Shown here: positions 1 to 10,253 of the stretch, in pieces
How the letters are laid out: every line of letters begins with the position of its first letter
How positions within the stretch are numbered: position 1 is the stretch's first letter
NCBI GenBank assembly: GCA_905178155.1
Contig: CAJINV010000002.1
Location: 4,393,024 to 4,425,342 of the forward strand
Direction: 5' to 3'
Origin: Amoebophrya sp. A120
Taxonomy: Eukaryota > Protista > Dinoflagellata
DNA length: 32,319 bases
Program-made: the position numbers and the translations under genes
Notes under the pieces: model-generated
The model's input: only the letters and a program-made list of their open reading frames with translations
The model's database searches: none
Told to the model about the DNA's origin: nothing

Positions 1-720
1 GCTGAGGCCTTTCGGGACAAGGTACTTACAAAATCACCCGGGGCGCGCTAGGGTACAGAATTGGGCAACCGGGCTAGGGCATAAAACTCGAGCAGGGCGC
101 AGAATTCGCCAAATCGGGCTAGGGTACAAAATTAGGCAAATCGAGATAGGCTACACAGTTTGGAGAGGGTACAGAATTAGCCAAATCGGGCGAGGGTACA
201 AAATTAGGCGTGTCGGGTGAGGGTATAAAATTAGGCGAATCGGTGTAGGGCACAAAGTTGGCTACTCCGCGCCGCCCTTGAAAGAGGAGCTTTGGCCCCC
301 GTGGTGCTGCTCTTCGCTAGACAAATATAAGCCCTGTCCGAGGGCGCAAGGTGAGGCCTTTCGGGGCAGGGTACGTACCTACAAAACTGCCCGGGGTGCG
401 CTAGGGTACAGAATTGGGCAGCCGTGAGAGGATACAAAATTCGAGCAGGGTGCAGAATTTGCCAAATCGGGCTAGGGTACAAAATTAGGGAAATCGGGAC
501 AGGGTACAAAATTCGGGGATGGTACAAAATTGGCCAAATCGGGGTAGGGTACAAAAGGAGCCGATTCGGGTGAGGGTATGAAATTAGGCGAATCGGGGTA
601 GGGTACCAAAGTGGCCAAACCGCGCAGCCTCCGACGGGAGGGCTTTGGCTCCCGCGGTTCTGCTCTTCCGACGCTAGACAAAAATAACCCCTGCGACCCC
701 ACCAAACCCCTGCTTTATAT
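1..720. repeat. Hierarchical tandem repeat: ~20-23 bp subunit (AGGGTACAAAATT...AATCGGG) inside two ~349-bp higher-order units
   Basis: AGGGTACA(A/G)AATT recurs every ~20-23 bp; TGAGGCCTTTCGGG opens units at 3 and 352. Confidence 0.85.
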
Positions 721-721
721 A

Positions 722-985
722 TATTTTCAGGTGTTTCGATAGTGTTGCTCCTGCTTAGTTTCTTTGTGTAAGACCGAGTGGCAATGCGGCTCATGTGCTC
801 GTTCCTCTCGTGATGTCGTCGCACCTTCGCGTTTCATCCCGATTCGAAACATTGTCGTTATGACGGTTCCGACGACGTCACGTCGTCGGAACCGTCATAA
901 CTGATTTCACGGCAGCACTTGGTAGATTTCGCGACGTAGTACCGCACCAGAATTACGTAACCAAAGGTCGCACTCGCTGAAAATC
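722..985 (+). repeat. Diverged duplicate of the leader of the 10254 gene, lacking the A-family element (empty site)
   Basis: Colinear similarity to 9653-9921 plus 10235-10248 (TATTTTCAGGTGTTTCGATAGTG...GAATTACGTAA.CAAAGGTCGC). Confidence 0.85.
857..901. other. Perfect 45-bp palindrome (22-bp arms, 1-nt centre)
   Basis: GTTATGACGGTTCCGACGACGT-C-ACGTCGTCGGAACCGTCATAAC. Confidence 0.9.
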
Positions 986-1095
986 ATTTCTGTCTACGTC
1001 CGTATCGTTGTGTGCTGTTCTCCTGTTCTTGCCGGGAATCTCGTCTTCGCTGTGCATGTCCTGATGACCACGTAAAGCACATTTCGATCGGTTTG

Positions 1096-1135
1096 TTCTA
1101 GCGTACCCGCATTTGTTGAAAAAATCGGTCTTTCG
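1096..1135 (+). repeat. 40-bp direct repeat, copy 1
   Basis: TTCTAGCGTACCCGCATTTGTTGAAAAAATCGGTCTTTCG; one mismatch to 3459-3498. Confidence 0.85.
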
Positions 1136-2657
1136 GGTCCGCTCAAAGCTGACCCAGTGCTGGACGTGGAGATGCGCGACAGGTCGCCGGACCCGCCGCG
1201 GGGCAGCAGCCAGGACTCGTTCTTCTTCCCGGAGTCAAGGAAGCGGGGATGAGAACAAGGCTGTGGACGCTGATAAATCTGACGGGATCAACTTGATTCA
1301 GGACACGGACCGGCTGGCTCGGAATAGGAAGTTCAGGGACGACAACATCAAACGGGAGCGCCGGGAGCGGGCATTGCGGCTGGTCAAAGAGGAGGACCGC
1401 TTCAAGAAGCAGCTCGCCCAGGTGAAAGGGCTGGACCTCGTGGCCAGCCGGTGGGTTGAGATCTTGTGTGTCTTGCAGTTCGGCGGCATCAACAACGGGC
1501 GGGATTTTTTGATCACCAAGAGGCTCTACGGCTCTAAGGAGTTCAAGGAGAACGGCAAGACCGTCCACCGCGTCATCGCAACAACGAAGAAGACCTGCCA
1601 GGAGTTTCGCGCGGCCCTTGCCATCAATGAAGTGAAGGACAACGTGGAGGAGGTGGGGAAAAAAGCAGGCGAAAAGCAGCCGGTGCCCAAGGTGAAGCCA
1701 ACTGTCCCGAAGCAACCAGGCTGGTTTCTGCCCAGCGTTTCGTCTGTTCTCGCGTCGCGCAAAAAGGCCCGACAGGAACTGGGCGTGCATGCGGATGGTG
1801 CTATCCCGGACGGCCCCGCCGTGGGTCAGCGCAACGACCCCAATCTGGTATATTGTTGCTGTGGCTTTTTTATTGAGGTGTGTTTGGTAGTGCGAAAACC
1901 TTCTTCGCCATGCTGTGTATGATGTGAATTTGAGCTCCCCTCAGCTATGAGATCTTCTCTGATTCGATAACAGGTTGGATATAATGTTGCCGACTTTGGG
2001 GAGGAGGTCGTGGACTTCGAGTTCCGCAAGCCCTACAACGCGGAAAATGAGGAGGATCTCGCTGAGAAAATCAAGGAGCGGGAGCAGGAGCTGAAGGAAA
2101 TGCACAAAGACGGGGAAGATGACATGAAGGACGTTCTGGACAAAACGACGAAGAAATTTCCCATCGACTGCGACTTGGTTTGTGAGGAGGCAATCTGGGG
2201 CGCAAAAGTGTTCCAGCCGGTCTGCAAATGCGGCTTGCAGTGGTACGACCTGAGTGTCAATCTCCTCGGCAACAACGGCCCGCAGGTCTCCTGCACAATT
2301 ACCGACATGCACCTTCTGAAGCAGGAAACCTACACCCGGCAGATCGGTGAGCGGTGCCACTTGGTGAAAACCAAGGGAGACGAAAAAAACAACACCGGAT
2401 GGGCGTGCTATTGCGGTAAATGGCATGCCGGGAAGTTGTGGAAAGACGACTCTTTTATGGAGCAGGTATCGATGAAGGACGCAATCACCTGTGCGGTGGT
2501 GTATATCAAGGAAAAGATGAGATCTCTCGGCGTGTGTAACTGCAAGAAGGAGGATTACCACTCGAACTTTTCGCAGCTATCTAGCAGGTACACTTTCAAA
2601 GCAACAGAGAAAAAGGCGCCGGCACCTGCGCCGGAGTTGAAAAAGCAGAAGAAGTAG
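1113..2657 (+). CDS. Hypothetical charged, Cys-rich protein; two exons joined by GT-AG intron 1878-1973; 5' end probably truncated or frameshifted (possible pseudogene)
   Basis: ORFs 1113-1922 and 2010-2657 join in frame (..YCCCGFFIE|VGYNVADF..); CxC clusters (PVCKCG, WACYCG, GVCNC); no ATG start in frame. Confidence 0.5.
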
Positions 2658-3458
2658 TTTATGGTATTTTGAAACTATCCCAAGACCGAGGGCTTCGTCC
2701 TCGGCATTATCGATAACGACGCCTCCGGATGATATTGTAGGTTTTATAGTGAAGACGAGGACTGCGTCTGCTGATGGCCAGCAACCTCCTGCGCTTCGGC
2801 CGGGAGGATTTCTTTACCTTGACTCACACTTCGTGCCGCATCGATGCGGAAAATTTTTATAAGAATAAATCCGAGCGTCCCGTGAGAAGTCTGCTGCCTA
2901 GTATTATTTGCAGCGACGCTGATGAATATTCGTCGCAAACTTGAAATAGCCGCGACTCGTGTACACAAATGCATTCAGCGAGGCGGTCGCCCGTCCTTCG
3001 TTTTCTTTGTTTCATCCAACCGCGCAAACGCGTATCTTTGTGAACGAGAAGTGTTCGCAATTTGTTCGTGGTCGTCGTGTCGCTCCGCCCCTCATCGTGG
3101 AGCGTCGTCCTATTCGTCGGCGCATTTCGTAGAGTCGGTGAGCCTGCGACAGCAGTTTCTGTCGGTAGATGTACAAAATTCGAAAACTGCCACCGTCTCG
3201 CTACATCTGGGCACTCCAGTTGTCGCCCTCGTCTTTGGTCGCAATTGTTCGCTTGTGGGAGGCGTTACTATTTTCAGCGGTTTCGCGTCAAGCATTGAAC
3301 ACAACATACCACACAGCACGCGCGCATCAACGTCGCGAACTGATCAAACAAAGAACGCTATTTGTGAAGTCGGTTGCGCGGGCATATATACAGTGTAAAA
3401 AATTGACTAGGCAAATTTTGAAAAGATGGGTGAGCAGATGGATACTTTAGGGCCTTCA

Positions 3459-3498
3459 TTCTAGCGTGCCCGCATTTGTTGAAAAAATCGGTCTTTCG
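3459..3498 (+). repeat. 40-bp direct repeat, copy 2
   Basis: One mismatch to 1096-1135. Confidence 0.85.
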
Positions 3499-5208
3499 TC
3501 ATTTGTACACACAGTATCTTCAAAATAAGTTGTCAAGAACTTGTTCTTGACATCGGTCTTTAATACCCGCGTTAGTGGTGCCATAAGCTGAATGTCCTCG
3601 GTTATCTTTTCGTATAAAAATTGGACAACGTCTACGTCTTCGTTAACGTCCATCATGACTTTTTCCTTTTCGTACAACAACAAAGAGGATTGCGTGACGT
3701 TCCTCGATACTGGGCATATATAAGAACTACTTGTGCTCCTAAAAAAAAACTACTGACCCGGCCGACGAGACCACGATCATCGTTTTTATTTGCCTCAACG
3801 AAATATGAAACGATAACGATTCCCCAATTTTCGACAGGTCATTTTGCCAAAACTTTCTTGACTTGTTGGTCGTCCCCACGTCTGCAACAAGTCCTAGAAG
3901 GACACAAAAGTAAAGCACTTAATACTTCACGACCTCGACGCTTTGAGCAACAATTGCAAACTTTTCGGAAATATTTTTATACTTTTATACACCACTTTCA
4001 AACTACTAACGGTCATCTTCTTATCTTACGAACAAACAAAAAATTCCTATGTATACTACGTCAATTATGTGGAACAAGTAGAAGCTACTGCTCAGTAGTG
4101 TCAGTGTTGATACTTCCTCAGAAGTACAACTTGCAGACGAGTGTAGTTTCTATAATAATTACTACTTCATTTCTTCCAGATCTTCCACGTGAAGCCACTA
4201 TTGCCACTTCTGCAAGCTGTGGTGGTTGAAGCACTTTCACGACTGCGTCCGGGACCAGGGAAGGTATAGAATTAGAAGTTTGCTCTATGATGTAGTAGGA
4301 ACGGCTTTTGGTTTTGTGTGATGGTGTGAAGACATGTTGTCACATGGAAATAAACGCACAACCGGGGTAGACCTGGTCTAGAAATTTCTCTAGGCATTTT
4401 TTTCGCTTAGCAGGTAGCTTCTTAAGAGAAGCTTCTGAGAGGGGCTTTTAAGTGCCGCCCATCTGAATTCAGATGCGCGCCGGGGCACGCGCCCGCCTGA
4501 ATTCAGCTGAAGACAGCGAAAAGACTCCACTGCAGGTGGGCCGAGGGCTGGGCAAGGCCCAAGGGTGCGTCCGCCTACTTTTAGGTAGACGCGCGCCGGG
4601 CCAGCCATCCGCAATGCTCCCAGCGCAGACGCCGGGCCAATCTTCCGCAATTCAGCCGCACGGCGGTCCCAGCGCCTAAATGCAAGGGGGCGCCGGGACA
4701 AGTCCGATAGGATTTATGGCCACGTCGGGCCAGGTCCGCTTGCATTCACGCGGGCGCCGACTTGAATGTAGCCACCTTCCACAGGAGGGGACTTAGAAAG
4801 GCAAGACCTCTTCTGAGAGAGAGAGCCTCGATCTCTTTCGCAGAAATGCAACTTTATTGCGCCTTGGCCTCTACTTTCACTTTCTCGGGAGCAGTGGCTC
4901 CTAGCCTCTACGCCCCAGCCTTGGCTCCCACAGGAGGGGGCGTAAAAGGTCCAAACTGCTCCCGAGAAAGAAATCCGCAAGATGCGTTGCAGAAAGTAAG
5001 GGGCCTTGTGCTTGGACGGCTTCGTTTTTCCTCTGGAGCGGCCTCCATTGCGTAGTTTATTTGGATGAAGATGCTTCATTCTGAGTTTACTAGACGCCCC
5101 ATCGCCGGCGTCCTGGACGCCGGCGTGGTAGTCTCGTACTAATTACTATTTCACTTGATCCAGATCTTCCACGCGAAGCCACTACGGCGACCACCACCTC
5201 CAAGGAAC

Positions 5209-8200
5209 ATGGCTTTCACTCGGCGCACTCCTGCCGCAGCACGTCACCGGCCCGCAGGTCGGCGTCCCAGCATGACCACCACAAGCACAAACTCTACACG
5301 TCGTAGAGGCGCTGGCGCCGCCTCGCCGAGGACGTCCAGCTGTCCGAGGTACAAGAGGAGAAGCAGAACTATGCGCCGCCGCTTATCGTGCGTAAAAATG
5401 TCTTCACGACCCCAGAGTCAAGTAGATGGGGACTTTGCAACACGACCAGAAAGCCAAATGTTTTGCTGGGAGCCATGCATCACAGGTGGTTCTTTGGCGC
5501 TGCAGTGTAGAAGTTGTGCCTAGATAGTCCAGACGCATGACAAACGCGCTCCGTAGTTGTCCTGATAATTAGTGCATTACAAAATACTACCAAGCGCCAA
5601 CATTTATTTTGAAGAATGCCTCTCCTTGAGAACCGCGTGTGAGAAAAAAACACGCAACTTTGCAGGACATCACCAGCTTATCGTTATCGGGGTCGTGGGG
5701 ACGTCTTTGCATAGGATATCGAGTACCTCTTTTGCGGAAGAACAAGTTCCTGCTTGCTGGAACCAGCGTCCTGCGCATTGCGATATCAACATACACGACC
5801 AGCACTCTAGTGGTATCGCCTGCCCCTCTATCCACAGAAAAAAACCCATCCTTATCTATTTTTCGCATGACAGACACATAATTTTATACGTGTTTTGCAT
5901 GACAAATTGGATGTGGGTGGGTGTTTTATTTTCCTGGATGCCCTCCTCTCGTCAGTGCCGTGAACGTGGAAAAAATCAACGCGCAGCAGCAATCACAGCA
6001 GCAGAGCATAACTGGAAGCGCCAACGGAAGCCGCAAGACAAGCACAGCTTCAACTGCCCAGCCGAGCATGGGAGACAAGATGAACGAGGATAATTGCAGT
6101 GGCTCCTGTGGCAGTATGAAAAAGAAAACTTCAACTTCAAGCTTCTTACAACTACATTAAATTGCAGCTCTTCTTGTGTTGTCCTTTTTGCATGACGTCG
6201 AGGAGCACGAGAGCCGTGCTCCTGGTGGTATGCGTAGGTAGGTGAACAGCAGATCATGGAAATGAAGGAAGTCGAAGTTCTTGCTCCTTGCATAGAATGC
6301 GGCAAGAACACCACTGGAGATGAGAAGCAGAAACTACAAGTGCAAAAACCAGCAGCGGCCGTCATCGGTCGGTTTCACAACCCACACGAAGGACCTGTGG
6401 AAGTCGAAGGCACCACTGCTGCTGCAGCCGGACCAAACCTGGCTCCCGCGGCCGCGCTATGCCTTGCACAAATGTTTCTAGGTCTAGTTGAAGGGAGGCC
6501 CCAACTTGCCCCGCACGTTCTCGTCGATGTTGACGCAAAAATTTCTTATGTTGCATGCGCCCCAAAAGTAAAAGAAAATATGCCAGTCTCCTGCTACGCT
6601 AATACGGAACCTGTCATGTTGTTGCCAGACGCGTCGCGACCGTGAGGCGTGTGCTACACCTGTAAATAAAACGCATTTATTCTTATTGTGTGCATAATTC
6701 CAGACCACCATCTGCATGACCACCCAAAAGAGGATCTTCATGGGTGACAAACAGGGCGGGCACCCTTCCAGAGCCAAACCGATTTGCAGTCGATAGTACG
6801 CGCCGCTGCAAGCTTCGTCCGTAGTTGCACAGCAGTCCGATGCGTCGGGATCCAGTGGTGGAACAGGGGATCTTCTTCAGGCTGATGCTGCTGCTGAAGA
6901 ACGCGGACATGATGAGGCCTCCACCTCTAGGGAGGTGGACCGCGCGGCCGGACCGGCAGAAAAGCAGCCAGCCCCGGACGACGGCAGACAACCAGTAGAA
7001 ACACGACAGGAGTCGGCCGAGGGTTTTCCCGGCGCCGAAGCAAGTGGTCGCGCTGGGCCGGTGGAACCACCAGGAGAAAAAAAGCCTCACCAACACGAGG
7101 GGCCAGGAACAAAGGCACAACCTGGTGGGGACATGGAGAGTGGATCCCCCTCCGGCAATCCTGACAAGCGACAAAAACAACGTCAAGAACAGTCAGTAGC
7201 CTCCGAAAGCAAGGGCGATGCGTCTACAACTGCTCCTAGTACTAGTGGGAATCATGCCGCAGCCGCGCCGCTCAGCCCCCCCACTCCCGTGGCCTTGCCT
7301 CCGGCGCAGCCCGCTGCCGGCACAGCCCTCTCGGAATGTCAGGCCAAGCTTGCCAATATGGATCGTAATGTGTTGGAGAAGCAAGAGAAGAAAGCGATGT
7401 CCGCGAAAGGAGAGGGCGTGGAGTACCAAGGCGAGTTGAACGAGGCCGGCCAGCCACACGGCTGGGGCAAGCTGACGTGGCCGGACGGGGATTCGTCTGG
7501 GAGGAAGGAGTACGAAGGGCAGTTTGAAGGAGGTGTCATGGATGGCTGCGGCAAGATGGTCGTGTATATGAATACGGCCGGAGGCCCGTGCGGCAAAGGC
7601 GCGCGGAAGCCATTAATAAGGAGTATGTCGGGCAGTGGAAGGACGACAAGAAACACGGCGAGGGCGAGTACACGTTTCATCCGGACGGGGCGACGTACAA
7701 GGGGCAGTTTCAGGACGACAAGCATCACGGCGAAGGTTTGTTCAATTGGCCGGATGGAGAGATGTACAAGGGGCAGTATCTGGGCGGCAAGTGGCACGGC
7801 GAAGGTTTCTACAGGTTTAAGGATGGGACGACGTACGAGGGGCAGTGGAAGGACAGCAGTTTTCACGGAACCGGCGTGCGCAAGTACCCGAACGGGGCGT
7901 CGTACGAAGGGCAGTGGCAGGACGATGAGTATCATGGTTACGGCGTGTGGAAGTGGCCAGACGGGACCAAGTACGTAGGCAATTGGCAGGGCGGCAATAT
8001 GCACGGCGAGGGCGAGTACACGTTTTCGGATGGGACGTCGACGTACAAGGGGCAGTTTCAGGACGACAAGTTTCAAGGCTACGGCGTGCGCACGTACCCG
8101 GACGGGGCGTCGTACGAGGGGGGGTTTAAGGACGACAAGCGCGACGGCAGTGGCGTGTACAGGTCGACTGTGTATACGTACGAAGGGCAGTGGCAGGGCG

Positions 8201-8616
8201 ACAATTTTCACGGCGAGGGCATGTGGGTGCAAGTAGTGAAGGGGGACAGGTACGCGTACGTAGGGCAGTTCATACACGGCAAGCGGCACGGCAAAGGCCT
8301 GTACACGTGGCCGGATGGGGAGGAGTACGATGGGCAGTGGGAGAACGGCGAGAAGCACGGCGTGGGCACGACGGTGGCTTCGGATGGGGACAGGTACAAA
8401 GGGCCGTACATGCACAACAAGCGGCACGGCAATGGCCTGTACACGTGGCCGGACGGGACGAGCTGGCGCGGGGAGTGGAGTGAAGGTAAAGTGGGCTTTT
8501 GTGGTTCACCCAAAGGCGTCTGCATCAAGCGCAGCGGCCAGACTGTTCTGAGCGAACAAGAGTCATGGTTCTCGGACTGCAAGCCGAAGGGGCCGCAGGA
8601 AGCACATGGCCCCTAA
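5209..8616 (+). CDS. MORN-repeat protein (~14 MORN repeats at the C-terminus, low-complexity N-terminal half; ~805 aa in the proposed model)
   Basis: Repeated Y.G.W..(D/G)..HG.G 23-aa motif from ~7420 to 8490 (high confidence). Proposed exons 5209-5383, 5724-5828, 5946-6113, 6242-6457, 6801-7558, 7621-8616 stay in frame; upstream exons less certain. Confidence 0.65.
5384..5718. mobile_element. Introner, family B, degenerate
   Basis: TATCGTGCGTAAAAATG...TTTGCATAGGATA; DR decayed; frame kept on removing element+5 nt. Confidence 0.6.
5829..5940. mobile_element. Introner, family C
   Basis: TATCCACAGAAAA...TTTTCCTGGATG; DR CCCTC/CCCTC. Confidence 0.8.
6458..6795. mobile_element. Introner, family D, degenerate
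   Basis: TATGCCTTGCACAAATG...CTTCCAGA...TTTGCAGTCGATA; DR decayed; frame kept. Confidence 0.6.
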
Positions 8617-9921
8617 GGCGGTTGAGGTTGTGTTGAGGTTGATGGTAGTGATGATGATCATGGCCAGCAGGTATTTATGCGGGTGGCGAGACTCCAACAG
8701 ATTCAGATACCAATGGATCGCTGAAGGAGCCGTCGGACAGTGTCGCTTTATGTCATGCGCATCACTTCGGCAAAGCGAAACAAAGCAACGCACGAAGATG
8801 AGTAGTGCCGCGAGTTTCTATTTCATTCCCGCGTATTTCTTTGTCGATTATGATGTGAATTTCGCTGCCTATCAAAATGCCCTCGAGCTCGAGCTGCAGT
8901 GCCCAGTGAACTTCGGCGCCTGGTATCAGAACTTCTAGAGATAGCGGCATCAGATGATTTTTTGTGCACCAACGTGCTTTATCTCTATTCGCGACTATAT
9001 CCGCCTTTGAGCCGATTTTTACGGCGAGCTGCGGTTCAGCTTCTCCCTATTTGTCTTGTGTATTCGTTCGATTCTCATAACATGCTTATGCTTTGTGACC
9101 CGTTTATTTTTTTTTTTTACATTTTTCGACCCATACTTACTATATTTATCTTTCTAACGATAATTTGAAGAATGTGAGCAAGTGCTTGCGTAGTTTGCAT
9201 TTAATATTAATAAAGACTCGCGCAATAAAATTGATTTTGATTTTTTTTTTTCCACTAGCGCTATACCTTCTGTATCTGCATTTAACATTTTAATCTCTGC
9301 TTTCATTTCAGCCCCTCCAGCAACTCCATTTTAAGAACCCCACTTGAAGATGAAGACGCCAGCATTTTTCGGAGCGCTGAACTACTAGACGCGGTCGCCA
9401 AGAACGACTCAGCTCACTCTTAAAAGCCTCCGTGTGCCCGTGTCTGAATGAAGACGATAAACCATAAATCAAATGCATACTATCGCCGTCAGGCGTTAGC
9501 ATTCTGCATGAAGAAAAAACAATTGAAAGAAATCTGTTCACAGTGGTTGATATGTCATTGTAGCAGGTGGTCGTTCCGCTCGACGTGTGATCTAGTGCCA
9601 TTATGTTTATGATCGTTTAAATGAGCCTCATCGTCGACCGTCGTCATCACCTTATTTTCAGGTGTTTCGATAGTGCTGCCTGCTCCTGCTTAGTTTGTGT
9701 AAGACTAAGACCGAGTGACCACGCGGCTTGTGTGCTCGTTCCTTTCGTGATGTCGTCGCACCTTCGCGTTTCGTCTCGATTCGAAACATTGTCGTGAGTG
9801 ATGAATTCGTCCCAGCACGGACGTCGTCAAAACCGTCGTAAACAATTTAACTGCAGCACTTAGTAAGTAGATTTCACCTCACCACGTAGTACCGCAGAAG
9901 AATTACGTAATCAAAGGTCGC

Positions 9922-10229
9922 TATGGATGTGTCAGAATCGAAATGGTCAAAGTTGAAATAGTTTGTCATGCATAAAAGGCAACCCACAAAGTGCCTGTCT
10001 TGCAGAGTAGGCAAGACAGGCAGACTGTGAGCCTGTTGCGGGGTAGGAATAGAGCTGCTAAAGTAGCATGACAAAAGGCGTCCTCCTTACCCAAACAGCA
10101 TTACAAACTGCATTCCGGTTCTACCCAAATTTGTCATGCGCCGCTAAGAAATTGGGCTTCCAACTGGTATCGATTTTATGCATTACAAATTATTTCAGCT
10201 GTGTCGATTTCAATCCTGACACTCCCATA
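9922..10229. mobile_element. Introner, family A, in the putative 5' UTR
   Basis: TATGGATGTGTCAG...CTGACACTCCCATA; DR GTCGC/GTCGC; empty paralogous site at 967-971. Confidence 0.9.
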
Positions 10230-10253
10230 GTCGCACGCACTGAAACTCTCAAG

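Noticed and set aside
231-824. 197-aa minus-strand ORF with ILYP repeats
   Set aside because: Translation of the satellite repeat
2658-5150. ORFs 2922-3398, 3621-4229 and 4390-5079 as genes or a transposase
   Set aside because: No recognisable motifs and non-coding-like composition; no DDE, RT or recombinase signature seen
7339-8582. Long minus-strand ORFs
   Set aside because: Antisense shadows of the GC3-rich MORN coding sequence
9600-9670. Dinoflagellate spliced-leader relic before the duplicated leader
   Set aside because: No match to CCGTAGCCATTTTGGCTCAAG is visible; TTTTCAG could be an acceptor but this cannot be shown from sequence
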